A stretch of 64,000 nucleotides of DNA, from positions 1,632,001 to 1,696,000 of the forward strand of contig CBDESU010000001.1 of assembly GCA_965242695.1 (NCBI GenBank), in the 5' to 3' direction. The notes beneath the pieces are model-generated. The model was not told the origin of the DNA, ran no database searches, and worked only from the letters and a program-made list of their open reading frames with translations. Made by a program: the position numbers and the translations under genes. Position 1 is the stretch's first letter. Each line of letters begins with the position of its first letter. The stretch comes from Cenarchaeum sp. Its GTDB lineage: Archaea; Thermoproteota; Nitrososphaeria; Nitrososphaerales; Nitrosopumilaceae. This document shows, in pieces, positions 38,767-48,624 of the stretch.

Positions 38767-40560
38767 GTGGACTTTTCGGTTCTGTCGGGGTCGTTCGAGA
38801 GGATGGAGTCGACGTCCAAGAGGCTCGAGCTGACCGACATCGTAGTCGGCCTCCTAAAGGCGACGCCGCCGGACATCGTCGCCCGCATCGTGTACATGAT
38901 GCAGGGCAAGGTGCGCCCCGACTTTGAGGGCGTCGAGCTCGGCGTGGCCGACCGCATGGCTGTGAGGGCGATCTCAAAGTCGGCCGGCATCGCCGCCGCC
39001 AGGATAGAGGAGGCCTACAAGCGAGACGGAGACCTCGGCGTGGCCGCCGCCTCGGTGCTCGGGCAAAAGGCGCAGACGACGTTCTTTGCCGAGGACATTA
39101 CCGTAGAGCGCGTCTACGACACGCTCCTCCGCATAGCCGGCGCCGAGGGGCAGCGCTCGCAGGACATGAAGGCAAAGTACATCTCCAGCCTGCTCAACGA
39201 CGCATCGCCCCAGGAGGCGTGCTACATACTAAAGCTGCTCCTCGGCACGCTGCGCCTGGGCATAGCCGAGAATACGGTCCTTGACGCGCTCGCCGTCGCA
39301 TACACGGGCTCCAAGGAGAACAGGGAGGCGCTCGAGCGCGCCTACAACGTCTCGAGCGACCTCGGGGCCGTCGCCGAGGCCGTCGCCCGCGGGGGCCTTG
39401 CCGCCGCGGGGGCCTTTGCCGTCGCGGTGTTCAGCCCCGTCCGGCCCATGCTCGCCGACAGGGTGAGGAGCGAGGCCGAGTCGATCGAGCGGCTCGGCCC
39501 CGGCGGCTTTGCCGCCGAGCACAAGCTCGACGGCGAGCGCGTGCAGGTGCACGTGGACGGCGGCAGGGTCGTCCTGTTCTCGCGGCGCCTGGAGAGGATC
39601 ACGGGGTACTATCCTGATATAGTCGAGCGGCTGCCCGGCGCGCTCGACATACCAGACGGGGGCGCCATCATGGAGGGCGAGGCCGTCGCCGTCAACGCCG
39701 ACACGGGCGAGTTCCTGCCCTTCCAGGAGCTCATGCACCGGCGCCGCAAGTACGGCGTCGACAAGGCCGTCTCCGAGTACCCGATAAGCGTCAACCTGTT
39801 CGACGTGCTGTACTGCGGCGGGAAGAGCTGCCTGGACATGCCGTACTCGGAGAGGCGGGCCCTGCTCGAAAAGATCGTCGTCGGCGAGGGATCCGAAGGG
39901 AAGGCGCACGAGTTTGCAAGGTGCGTCGTGGCCGAGGCCGTCGAGGACGAGGCCGGCGTCGGCGAGGCGCTCGAGAACAGCATAAACGCCGGCTGCGAGG
40001 GGCTCATGCTAAAGGACCTCGCCGCGCCGTACCGCGCCGGCGCGCGCGGCGGCAGCTGGCTCAAGCTCAAGAGGGAGTACCGCAACGAGCTCGGCGACAG
40101 CCTCGACCTCGTCGTGATCGGCGCGTTCTTTGGCAAGGGGCGGCGCACGGGCAGGTACGGCGTGCTGCTGCTCGCCACGTACGACGACGAGGCCGACCGC
40201 TTTGCGAGCATATGCAAGGTCGGCACGGGGTTCAGCGACGAGGACCTCGACCAGCTCTACCAGCTGCTCTCGGGCAGGGTGCTGCGCAAGAGGGACCGGC
40301 GCGCGTACAGCGGGATGGAGGCCGACGTGTGGTTCGCCCCCGAGGTCGTCGTAGAGGTCGTCGCATCCGAGATAACCCTCAGCCCCGTCCACAAGACGGC
40401 CGAGGGGACGGTGCGCAAGGAGGCCGGCCTCGCCCTGCGCTTCCCAAAGTTCACCGGCAGGATACGCTCGGAAAAGGCGGCCGAGGACGCCTCGACCGAC
40501 GCCGAGGTCCTCGCGCTGTACAAGGGGCAGAAAAAGGTCGCGCAGGGATCGGCGGCCTGA
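38767..40560 (+). CDS. lig: ATP-dependent DNA ligase
   Basis: Motif I EHKLDGER, EGEAV, FDVL, EGLMLK, WLKLK, LRFPKF. Confidence 0.97.
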   Translation: MDFSVLSGSFERMESTSKRLELTDIVVGLLKATPPDIVARIVYMMQGKVRPDFEGVELGVADRMAVRAISKSAGIAAARIEEAYKRDGDLGVAAASVLGQKAQTTFFAEDITVERVYDTLLRIAGAEGQRSQDMKAKYISSLLNDASPQEACYILKLLLGTLRLGIAENTVLDALAVAYTGSKENREALERAYNVSSDLGAVAEAVARGGLAAAGAFAVAVFSPVRPMLADRVRSEAESIERLGPGGFAAEHKLDGERVQVHVDGGRVVLFSRRLERITGYYPDIVERLPGALDIPDGGAIMEGEAVAVNADTGEFLPFQELMHRRRKYGVDKAVSEYPISVNLFDVLYCGGKSCLDMPYSERRALLEKIVVGEGSEGKAHEFARCVVAEAVEDEAGVGEALENSINAGCEGLMLKDLAAPYRAGARGGSWLKLKREYRNELGDSLDLVVIGAFFGKGRRTGRYGVLLLATYDDEADRFASICKVGTGFSDEDLDQLYQLLSGRVLRKRDRRAYSGMEADVWFAPEVVVEVVASEITLSPVHKTAEGTVRKEAGLALRFPKFTGRIRSEKAAEDASTDAEVLALYKGQKKVAQGSAA

Positions 40561-40668
40561 CAGGAGGTGGGAGGGCCGGGCCGCCGAGGGGCGGGCCGGG
40601 GCGGCCCCGGCGCCGCGGCCCGGGCCGCGGCGCACGTGGTTTTTAACAGGGCGCGCCGGCGCCGCGGC

Positions 40669-41163
40669 ATGAAGCCGCTCACAAAGATCATGTACGTCTC
40701 GTCGATCCTCCTCACCTCGGGAATCGCCATGTGGCTGTACGGCGCGCTCGTCGACGTCGACAGCATGGAGAACGCCGTCGAGACGATCGCCTACGGCGAG
40801 CGGCTCAAGGTGCATGCCGCCATCGACCCGCGCGTCGACCCGTACGGAATCTACGTCGTGCGCGTGGACCGCCTGGTCGAGGGAGCCATCAATGCGCACG
40901 TGCTCGATCCCCACGGGGGCAAGGTCGTCGACTTTACGCTCGACACGTACTCTGTGGACAGCAGGTTCAGTCCCGGCACCGCCGGCACCTACACCCTCGT
41001 CGTGATCAACAAGGGCGGGCCGGTCGGCGTGACCGGGGCCATCGGCGGGTCGCACGACGAGTTCCGCATACTGGTAAGCGAGATCGGCTTTGTCATGATG
41101 CTAGTCGGGCTCGGACTGACCTCTACGTGCTCGGCCATCCTGATCAAGAGGCTCCTGTTCTGA
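40669..41163 (+). CDS. Membrane protein with beta-sandwich (GOLD-like) ectodomain
   Basis: N- and C-terminal TM helices; VLDPHG...GTYTLVVIN. Confidence 0.7.
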   Translation: MKPLTKIMYVSSILLTSGIAMWLYGALVDVDSMENAVETIAYGERLKVHAAIDPRVDPYGIYVVRVDRLVEGAINAHVLDPHGGKVVDFTLDTYSVDSRFSPGTAGTYTLVVINKGGPVGVTGAIGGSHDEFRILVSEIGFVMMLVGLGLTSTCSAILIKRLLF

Positions 41164-41221
41164 CCCGGGCGCCGGGGGGCCGGGGCGAATCGTTATACGG
41201 GCGCGGCCGCCGCGGCCGGCC

Positions 41222-42625
41222 GTGCCCCCCGCCGCCGCCGGCCCCCGCCTCGCAGCCGCGGCGGCGGCCGCCGCCGCTGTCGCCCTTGCCGCGGCGGCGA
41301 CGGCGGGCCTGCCGGGAGCGGCGGCGGCCGACGAGGCCGGCGGCCCCGCTGGCTTCGAGGTCGACACGGTCGCCGCCGGCCTCGAGGTGCCGTGGTCCAT
41401 GGACATTGCGCCGGACGGCCGCATCTTCTTCACCGAGCGCGGCGGCAGGGTGTGGATCATCGGCCCCGACGGGTCGATGCCGGGCGAGCCGGCCCTGAGC
41501 ATCGATGCGGGGTTCGTCGAGGGAGGGCTGCTCGGCATAGCGCTCGACCCGTCCTTTCCCGACGAGCCGCACGTGTACGTCTACCACACGTACAGGGAGC
41601 TCTTCTCGGTGCACAACAGGGTCGTCAGGTACACCGAGGACGGCGGCGCGCTGCGCGATCCGTCCGTGCTCATAGACCGGATACCCGGCGGCCCCGTGCA
41701 CGACGGCGGCAGGATCAGGTTCGGGCCCGACGGCATGCTGTACGTGACGACCGGCGATGCCGGAAACGTGCGGCTCTCTCGGGACCTCGGCTCGACGGCC
41801 GGCAAGATACTGCGCATCGCCGCCGACGGCTCCGTCCCCGCCGACAACCCGCACCCCGGGTCGCCCGTGTACTCGTCGGGCCACCGCAACCCGCAGGGAA
41901 TAGACTGGCACCCCGCGACGGGCGCGCTCGTCGCGTCCGAGCACGGCCCCTCGGGGGAGAGGGGGTTCGGGCAGGACGAGATCAACGTGATCGAGCGCGG
42001 CGGCGACTACGGATGGCCCGATGCGGCAGGCGACGAGGCCGCGGAGGGGGCGATCGCGCCGGCGGCCCACAGCGGCAGCGAGACATGGGCCCCGTCGGGC
42101 GCCTCGTTCTACACGTCCGGCGCCATACCCGAGTTCGACGGGCGCCTGCTCGTCGCCGCGCTAGCCGGCAAGCGCCTCCTTGCCGTGTCCTTCGAGGAGG
42201 GGCCCGGCGGCAGGCTCGCCGTGTCCGGCATCGACGTGCACCTTGCCGGCGAGTACGGAAGGCTGCGCGACGTCGTCGACGGCGGGGACGGCAGCGTGTA
42301 CGTCCTGACCAGCAACAGGGACGGGCGCGGCAGTGCGGCCGAGCAGGACGATCGCATACTGCGGCTCGTGCCGGCCGCCGCGGTCCCCGCCGATGCCGCC
42401 AGTGGCGGCGGTGGGGATGCGGAGGGCGACAGGCAGGACTGGGCGGCCGGAGGAGTGGAGGGTGGCCATGCCGGGCAGGCCGGCGGGGCGGCCGGCGCGC
42501 CGCCGGCCCAGTGCGGCCAGGGCCTAGAGCCCGTAGTCAAGCGGTCCGACGGCTCGCAGGCGTGCGTGAGGCCGGCGACGGCGGCCATCCTCGTCGAGCG
42601 TGGATGGGCCGAGGGCCCCCGCTGA
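41222..42625 (+). CDS. PQQ-dependent sugar dehydrogenase (GSDH family), secreted
   Basis: GLEVPW, EGGLLGIALDP, HDGGRIRFGPDG, GHRNPQG, GRLRDV; C-terminal Cys-pair module. Confidence 0.93.
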   Translation: MPPAAAGPRLAAAAAAAAAVALAAAATAGLPGAAAADEAGGPAGFEVDTVAAGLEVPWSMDIAPDGRIFFTERGGRVWIIGPDGSMPGEPALSIDAGFVEGGLLGIALDPSFPDEPHVYVYHTYRELFSVHNRVVRYTEDGGALRDPSVLIDRIPGGPVHDGGRIRFGPDGMLYVTTGDAGNVRLSRDLGSTAGKILRIAADGSVPADNPHPGSPVYSSGHRNPQGIDWHPATGALVASEHGPSGERGFGQDEINVIERGGDYGWPDAAGDEAAEGAIAPAAHSGSETWAPSGASFYTSGAIPEFDGRLLVAALAGKRLLAVSFEEGPGGRLAVSGIDVHLAGEYGRLRDVVDGGDGSVYVLTSNRDGRGSAAEQDDRILRLVPAAAVPADAASGGGGDAEGDRQDWAAGGVEGGHAGQAGGAAGAPPAQCGQGLEPVVKRSDGSQACVRPATAAILVERGWAEGPR

Positions 42626-42670
42626 GCTGGCCCGCCAATCTTTATTTTGGGGCCGTGCGGCGGCGCGCCG

Positions 42671-42907
42671 ATGCACGACGACGAGCCCGACACGGTGCGG
42701 CTCGAGACTTGGCCCGAGCGCGTCGCGGCCATGCTAGGCGAGATCGGCGTCGCGGCCGTCCCCAACGAGGTAGGCTCTGGCGAGTACGAGTCGGGCGACT
42801 ACTACAGCCGCTACTTTGTCCCGACGGCCCGCATGGTCACCAACAGGGGCAGCCTAGAGGTGTCCGGCACCAACATCGACGCCGTCCAGGTCATTCAGAA
42901 GGGGTGA
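42671..42907 (+). CDS. Small hypothetical protein
   Basis: 78-aa ORF downstream of a TATA-like box; adjoins the next gene. Confidence 0.65.
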   Translation: MHDDEPDTVRLETWPERVAAMLGEIGVAAVPNEVGSGEYESGDYYSRYFVPTARMVTNRGSLEVSGTNIDAVQVIQKG

Positions 42908-42910
42908 TGG

Positions 42911-43297
42911 ATGGTGCAGGATCCCAGCCCGATGCCGTGGGGCGCAATGGACAGGTACCAGGCGCACTTTATCGTGCGCGGGCGGGAGGAGGACACCGCA
43001 TCGGACGCCGATGCGGCCGCCCGCACCGTGGTGTCCACGAGGGGCAGGTTCGGCGCAAAGAGGGTCGCAGGCGTGTCATGGGACGGGGCCGGCAGGCTCG
43101 CCGACGCCCTCAACGCGGACGCGGAGCTCAACTCGATGATAGCCGGCCAGCGGCCGGCCGATGCCGCGATATTCGTCGAGCCCATGGACGGCCACGTCAG
43201 GATACGCGGCGGGTGGTCGAGCTCTGCGTCGTTTGGCATATCAAGGGAGCAGTTCGAGATATACGACCGGATAGCCGGCCACGTCAGGTCGCTCTAG
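42911..43297 (+). CDS. Hypothetical protein
   Basis: 128-aa ORF; FEIYDRIAGHVR C-terminus. Confidence 0.65.
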   Translation: MVQDPSPMPWGAMDRYQAHFIVRGREEDTASDADAAARTVVSTRGRFGAKRVAGVSWDGAGRLADALNADAELNSMIAGQRPADAAIFVEPMDGHVRIRGGWSSSASFGISREQFEIYDRIAGHVRSL

Positions 43298-43339
43298 GCG
43301 CCGGGCGCCGCACCCGCATCGGCCGCCCGCTGCCCCTGC

Positions 43340-43882
43340 CTAGCGCCCCTTCCACCAGTCGAGCGAGAGCAGGTCGACTCGGCGCGCGCGCGGTATGGCC
43401 AGGATGAACTGCTTGCGGACCGTCGTTGCAAGGCGGCCGGCCAGCACGACGCCGGTCGCGGTCACGGGATCCGACGAGGCGCACACCTGCACCAGATACG
43501 GCGCGTGGTCGATCCCCGGCCCGCGCTCGTACACGGCAAAGTCGCAGCCGAACTTTATGCCCGGCGTGACGACGTACCCGCGGTCCCTAAAGTGGCAGTA
43601 CACGGCGTACTTGCGGTCAAAGTCGTCGTACTCGGAGCGGCACCTCTCGAGCAGGTCCGCGTCGGGCAGGGGCGCGCGCGAGCCCGGCGCGCGCACGGAT
43701 ATGCGGCCGGCGCGCGAAAGGTACAGCCCCTCCATCAGGTCGAGGACGAGCGGCGCGTCTATCTGCCCCGGCTTTGGCTTTGGTATCCCTATCGGCTTGC
43801 CGTAGTAGCCGGGAAAGAAGAGCCGGTCGGCATCGCCGGCGCCCCACACGACGATGCGGCTGTCGACAAGTTGCGCCCTCAT
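43340..43882 (-). CDS. endA: tRNA-splicing endonuclease, catalytic subunit
   Basis: LDLMEGLYL, VYCHFRDRGY, GIKFGCDFAVY...HAPY...RLATTVRK (Y/H/K triad). Confidence 0.93.
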   Translation of the reverse strand: MRAQLVDSRIVVWGAGDADRLFFPGYYGKPIGIPKPKPGQIDAPLVLDLMEGLYLSRAGRISVRAPGSRAPLPDADLLERCRSEYDDFDRKYAVYCHFRDRGYVVTPGIKFGCDFAVYERGPGIDHAPYLVQVCASSDPVTATGVVLAGRLATTVRKQFILAIPRARRVDLLSLDWWKGR

Positions 43883-44535
43883 CACAGGCTCAGCGCCAGC
43901 AGTATGAACGAGTCGGACACCCTCTGGCACTTGTCTGCCATCTCCTCGATTCCCTCGATGACGTCCTTGATCAGCATGAGCTCCTTGGTGTTGGACACCT
44001 CGCCGAGCAGCTTCATCGTCGCCTGCCTGTACTTTGTGTCGATCTCGCGCTCGATGGCCTGCGTCTCCTGCGCGAGGTCTATGGCGCTCGCCGAGTTCGA
44101 GCTGAGGCTGCGGATGACCTCGTTGAGCTTGTACACCTCGTCGACTACGAGCTCGGCGAGGACGGTGAGGTCCTTGTCGAGCTTTGAGCTGCGCAGCGTC
44201 GCCGGCTTTACGTTGGACAGTTTGAACGAGATGCCCGTAATGTACCCTGCGATCTCGTCCATCGTGTACGCCGCGTTGAGCAGGTTCTCGCGGTTTATGA
44301 TCAGGCCGCCGACGTCGGCGACCTCGCGCGTGATCTTGCGGCGCAGGTTCTCGACGTCGTCCTCGATGCTCGATATCTGCTCGAGGCACGCCTTGATGCC
44401 GGCCTTGTCGCGCTTCATCATGAGTTCCGGCAGCGTGGCCATCTCCCTCGATGCGTTGAGTATGCGGTGTATCTCGTCCTGGAGGACGGCAATGGCCTTG
44501 CGCTTGGCCTGCACCTCCAGCTCGCCGCTATACAA
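43882..44535 (-). CDS. DUF47/PhoU-like phosphate transport regulator
   Basis: IEDDVENLRRKI, IEREIDTKYR, IEEMADKC; TTG start inferred. Confidence 0.88.
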   Translation of the reverse strand: MYSGELEVQAKRKAIAVLQDEIHRILNASREMATLPELMMKRDKAGIKACLEQISSIEDDVENLRRKITREVADVGGLIINRENLLNAAYTMDEIAGYITGISFKLSNVKPATLRSSKLDKDLTVLAELVVDEVYKLNEVIRSLSSNSASAIDLAQETQAIEREIDTKYRQATMKLLGEVSNTKELMLIKDVIEGIEEMADKCQRVSDSFILLALSL

Positions 44536-44845
44536 CGCCCCGTGCGCCCGCCGTGCGCTAATTAAACCGTGCACGGGCAGGGGCCGCGGAAGGCGCAAGG
44601 GGCCAGAGAGCCGCAGAAGGGCCGTGCGGGGCAGGGCGGGCGGCGGAGGCGGCGCAGGAGCGCCGGCCGGGGCGCCCCCCCCCTCGCCCTCCCGGCGCCA
44701 AAGCAATCCCGGCCGCGCAGGGCGGGGCTGGCGAGGACGGCGGCAGGGTGCGCAGGCGCCCGCCTCCCCTCCCCCTCCCGCCTGACGCCCCCCGCCGCGT
44801 CGGCGGGGCGCGGCCTCGCCGCCCCGCCTGCCGGCCTGAACGGGC

Positions 44846-45367
44846 CTAGATCGACGAGATCGTGCGGCTGACGTTCTTGATGTAGTCTGCCTTTTCGTGC
44901 ATGATGCTGTACTGCTTGGGCCACGTCCGCTTCTTCGTGTTGAACGACTTGCCGCCGGGGTAAAAGTCGGTCGTCAGCCACTGCAGGTTGAGCGTCGCCT
45001 CGGCTATGTCGTTGCGCTGCATGGGCGTCAGCGTGGCCCACTTGTCCAAGTACATCTCGTTGCGCTGTATGATGTGCCGCATGTGCACCGCCTGCTGCTT
45101 GAAGTACTTTTCAAGCGCGTAGCTTGCCTGCTCGACGACCTTTGGATCGTCCATGTTCTGGACGGTAGACATGCGATCCACCTCGCTGAAGATGATCTCG
45201 ATCTCCCGGAGGTTCTTGACGGTCTCCTTTTTGTAGAACGCCTCGTACGACGACGTCTGCTTCTTCTGGTAGTATATGACCAGGAACGTCAGGAGGATGG
45301 ATATGCCCACCGCCACGACGTTGGCTATGAAGCCGCCGAAGAGCACGATGTCGTGTACCGTGACCAT
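44846..45367 (-). CDS. Hypothetical protein with N-terminal TM helix
   Basis: Hydrophobic N-terminus then a helical domain; coding-like codon use. Confidence 0.7.
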   Translation of the reverse strand: MVTVHDIVLFGGFIANVVAVGISILLTFLVIYYQKKQTSSYEAFYKKETVKNLREIEIIFSEVDRMSTVQNMDDPKVVEQASYALEKYFKQQAVHMRHIIQRNEMYLDKWATLTPMQRNDIAEATLNLQWLTTDFYPGGKSFNTKKRTWPKQYSIMHEKADYIKNVSRTISSI

Positions 45368-45618
45368 GCGCGGCGCGCCCCAGGGGGACAAAAAAAAGGT
45401 TTGTCGGGCCGGGGCAGGGTCGGCGGCAGGAGACCAGGCCGCCGCCCGGCGCCGCGGATGGCCGCAAGGGGCCGCGCGGCGGCCGGGGGCCGCCCCAAGC
45501 GGCGGCCGCGCAGCGGCCGGATCACGGGCGGCCGGGCGGCCCGGACGGGCGCGGCGCCAGGCCCGCCACCGCAGGCCCGGCGCCAAGCGTTTTTAACCGA
45601 TCGGTTCGGCGATCTCCC

Positions 45619-45753
45619 GTGAGCGAGAACAGCACCGTCATGGAGCTGAGCATGGAGCTGTCGCAGAGGCTGATAAACCTAGAGTTCAAGATCGACATGA
45701 TCCTGCGCAAGCTAGACCAAAAGCCGGACAGGGTCGACCTGGCGCGGACGTGA
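45619..45753 (+). CDS. 44-aa coiled-coil microprotein (not in the ORF track)
   Basis: GTG about 22 nt after TTTTTAA; SENSTVMELSMELSQRLINLEFKIDMILRKLDQKPDRVDLART. Confidence 0.6.
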   Translation: MSENSTVMELSMELSQRLINLEFKIDMILRKLDQKPDRVDLART

Positions 45754-45836
45754 CCGCGCGCCGGCGATCGGGGCAGGTGCGCCGTGCGCGCCGGCCGGCC
45801 AGCCAGGCGCGCCCGTACGCCCGCCATGCGCCCCGG

Positions 45837-46160
45837 CTACTCTAGCCCAAAGTCCTCCTTTATGCGGTCCAGCAGGTCGGACAGCTCGGGTATGTAGTTG
45901 GCGTACTCTGCTATGAACTTTCTGACGACGAGCTCGCGCGACTCGTTGCAGATGTGCTTCTTGGTCGGGTCGGCTACCGCAATGTACCCGAACAGGTCCC
46001 TCACCTCGTTGTCGAGCGCGATCAGCTCGGTGTAGGTCTTTATGAGCTCGGAGAGGGTGTATACGGCGCGCTTCTTGGCCTCTAGGTGGTCGGCCGGCGC
46101 GCGGCGGCGGCTGTCGACATGGTGCGGCTTGTAGTCGCCCAATTCCTCCCCGCCCGACAA
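45837..46160 (-). CDS. Hypothetical protein
   Basis: 107-aa helical ORF; ATATAT box upstream. Confidence 0.65.
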   Translation of the reverse strand: MSGGEELGDYKPHHVDSRRRAPADHLEAKKRAVYTLSELIKTYTELIALDNEVRDLFGYIAVADPTKKHICNESRELVVRKFIAEYANYIPELSDLLDRIKEDFGLE

Positions 46161-46212
46161 TGCGGCGCGGCCGCGGCGCGGCGAATATATGTTTGATCTC
46201 GGCAGCGTCCGC

Positions 46213-48027
46213 CTACCGTTGAAGGCCCAGCTGGCTGGCGGCGGCGAGCATGCTGGCGCGCTCCTCGGCCGGAATCGCGGCTATGGCCTTGTCGAGTATG
46301 TCGCGCAGTATGACGTTGTCCTTGGCAACGGCCGCCGACAGCGGCATGCCGAACTCTATGGCGCCCGCGTTGTGCAGCCCGTCCACCCCGAGCTCGGCGG
46401 CGCGCTCGCTCACCGCCGGCCACCACTCTATTACGGCGTCGATCCTGCCAGAGTCCAGGGACTCTATGGCGCGGTCGATCGTGTCGAGCGAGACGTAGTC
46501 GATGCCCGCGTCGTGCTCGTCAAGCCACGCCTCGACGGAGTAGCCGCGGATCGTGCCGACCCTCATCTCGGCAAGGTCGGCCGTCGAGACCTCGCGCTCG
46601 CCCCTTGTGATGATGTTCCACTCTAGCGTGGAGTGCGGCGACGTGAACGTGTAGCCGCGCAGGCGATCGCTCGTCGGCACCATGATGAGCGATATGTGGC
46701 CCTCGTTCTCGGCCACCAGCGAGAGGACGTCCGTCCAGGTGTCCGCCTTCTTCGGGACAAAGTCCGCCCCCGTGTAGGCCTCTAGCCGCTCCTCGTACAT
46801 CGCCGTGAGGCCCTCCAGGTCGCCGTCGCCAGAGGCGTACTCGATCGGCGGCCAGTGCGTGTAGGCGATGTAGACCGTGGGGTTGTCCCTGAGCCACGCC
46901 GCCTCGGTGTAGGTCAGGCCGCTGCGCGCCCTCTCGTCGAGCTTGAACGCAATGTCGCCGATGATCTCCCTCGTGTGGGACTCGCGCACGTCCTCTGGTA
47001 TGGAGAGCATCGCCTTTCTTATGATGCCCTCTAGCACGGGGTACGCCCTGTTGTACGCCACCGACAGGGGCATGCTCGCGTCCGACGCCTCGAGGTGGCG
47101 CAGATCGTCGATGCCCCACGCGGCGGCAATCTGCTCGGCGACGATCCACGTCTCCATGAGCGCATCTATGCGCCCGGACAGGAGGGCGTCGAACGCGTTG
47201 TCGTGCCCGTCGATCGAGACGTACTCTATGTGGGGATGGTGCGTGTCGAGCCAGTCCTCGATCTCGTGTCCCCGGATCGTGCCCACGACGACGTCGCTGC
47301 TCCTCTCCAGGGCCCCGATCTCGATCTCCTCCCCGTCCGCGCCGATCCCGAGGGTGCTGTTCACCGTCACCACGTCCCACGTCAGTATCGTGTGCGACTC
47401 CAGTATGTTGCTGTGCTTGTGCAGCTCGTCCGTCTCGACGATCGAAAAGGACAGGTGGGCGTCGTTGTCCCTGAAGGCGTTGGAGTACAGGCCGCGGTGG
47501 TCCATCCGGACGGGAACCAGCGTGGCCCCGGTGTGCGCCTCAAAGTACTCGGCGTATATCCCTGCCAGGCCACGTATCTTCCCGTCGGCGCCCAGGTACT
47601 CGATCGGCGGGCGCTCCTCGTACGCCACGTAGATGACGGGATTCTCGTCCAGCCACGCCCTCTCGTCGTCCGTCAGCCCCAGGCCGGGGGCATCGCCGGC
47701 AGACGCGGCAGGTGCGCCCGCTGCGGGCCCGTATGCGGTGGGCACGTCCGCGGCCGGTGCGCCCGCGGCCGGCTCGCCCTCCGAGTTGCCGCTAGGCGGC
47801 GCGGACGGATCCGCCCCCCAGCCGCGCTCGATCAGGACGGCCTTGGTCGGGGGCGTGACGCAGGCAAGCGAGCCGGTCGCCGCCCTCTGCAGCGGTTCCA
47901 GGCCGGCGCGGCATGCATCCGCGCCGTCGGCGACCAGAGTAGCCGCACCCTGTGCGTACGCGGCCGCGCCCGTGTACATCACGGCAGCCCCGAGTACGGC
48001 CAGCGCAGCGGCGCGCCAACTGTGCAT
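46213..48027 (-). CDS. Secreted protein with two tandem family-3 solute-binding (Venus flytrap) domains
   Basis: Signal peptide; duplicated LT..E.AWL..NP..Y.AY...PPIEY...G...GL, VGTIRG, SGRIDA. Confidence 0.85.
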   Translation of the reverse strand: MHSWRAAALAVLGAAVMYTGAAAYAQGAATLVADGADACRAGLEPLQRAATGSLACVTPPTKAVLIERGWGADPSAPPSGNSEGEPAAGAPAADVPTAYGPAAGAPAASAGDAPGLGLTDDERAWLDENPVIYVAYEERPPIEYLGADGKIRGLAGIYAEYFEAHTGATLVPVRMDHRGLYSNAFRDNDAHLSFSIVETDELHKHSNILESHTILTWDVVTVNSTLGIGADGEEIEIGALERSSDVVVGTIRGHEIEDWLDTHHPHIEYVSIDGHDNAFDALLSGRIDALMETWIVAEQIAAAWGIDDLRHLEASDASMPLSVAYNRAYPVLEGIIRKAMLSIPEDVRESHTREIIGDIAFKLDERARSGLTYTEAAWLRDNPTVYIAYTHWPPIEYASGDGDLEGLTAMYEERLEAYTGADFVPKKADTWTDVLSLVAENEGHISLIMVPTSDRLRGYTFTSPHSTLEWNIITRGEREVSTADLAEMRVGTIRGYSVEAWLDEHDAGIDYVSLDTIDRAIESLDSGRIDAVIEWWPAVSERAAELGVDGLHNAGAIEFGMPLSAAVAKDNVILRDILDKAIAAIPAEERASMLAAASQLGLQR

Positions 48028-48130
48028 GCCGGCCCGTTCAATTTAGGTTTAAAGAGCCTTGCGCGCGCCATCGCGCGCGCCACCCCGGTCTGCCGACAGG
48101 CCCCGACCCGTCCCCCATGCCCCGCCCACA

Positions 48131-48232
48131 TCCAGGGCCAGCCCTCGCGCAGCGGCCTCGCGGCCTTGTGCCGCCGCCGTCATCGCAGATGCAGAGCCTC
48201 CAGGGCCAGCCCTCGCGCAGCGGCCTCGCGGC
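48131..48232. repeat. 34-bp direct repeat, two copies
   Basis: TCCAGGGCCAGCCCTCGCGCAGCGGCCTCGCGGC at 48131 and 48199. Confidence 0.85.
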
Positions 48233-48624
48233 ACGCCCGCCACAGCCGACAACCGGGTTGGCTCGAATGTCAAGCACGCATGGACGACCTGTGTGCAGAT
48301 TGGAGCAGGATACGGCATCACAATATGTGATGCCCACAGAGTAGGACCGTGAATTCTTATCGGGTCTTGTAGGATGCGATCACATCTCACATGCTTTTGA
48401 TGTTTGGTGGGCAAAGATATGCGGCCGCCAGCCAGACATGAGGAGAGACCAACCAGTGCAGGAGATGTCGCGTGACCGTCTAAACGGTAGCCAGATACCA
48501 TTTGGTGCAGTGTGGACGGAGTTTAAAGAACAGTGTACTAATCTCCAAGGCAGGGCCGTCGGCGCGCCGCAACACCGCCATATGCCCTAGGAGCACAGAA
48601 CAGTCATGTGCACATGGTCAAGCA

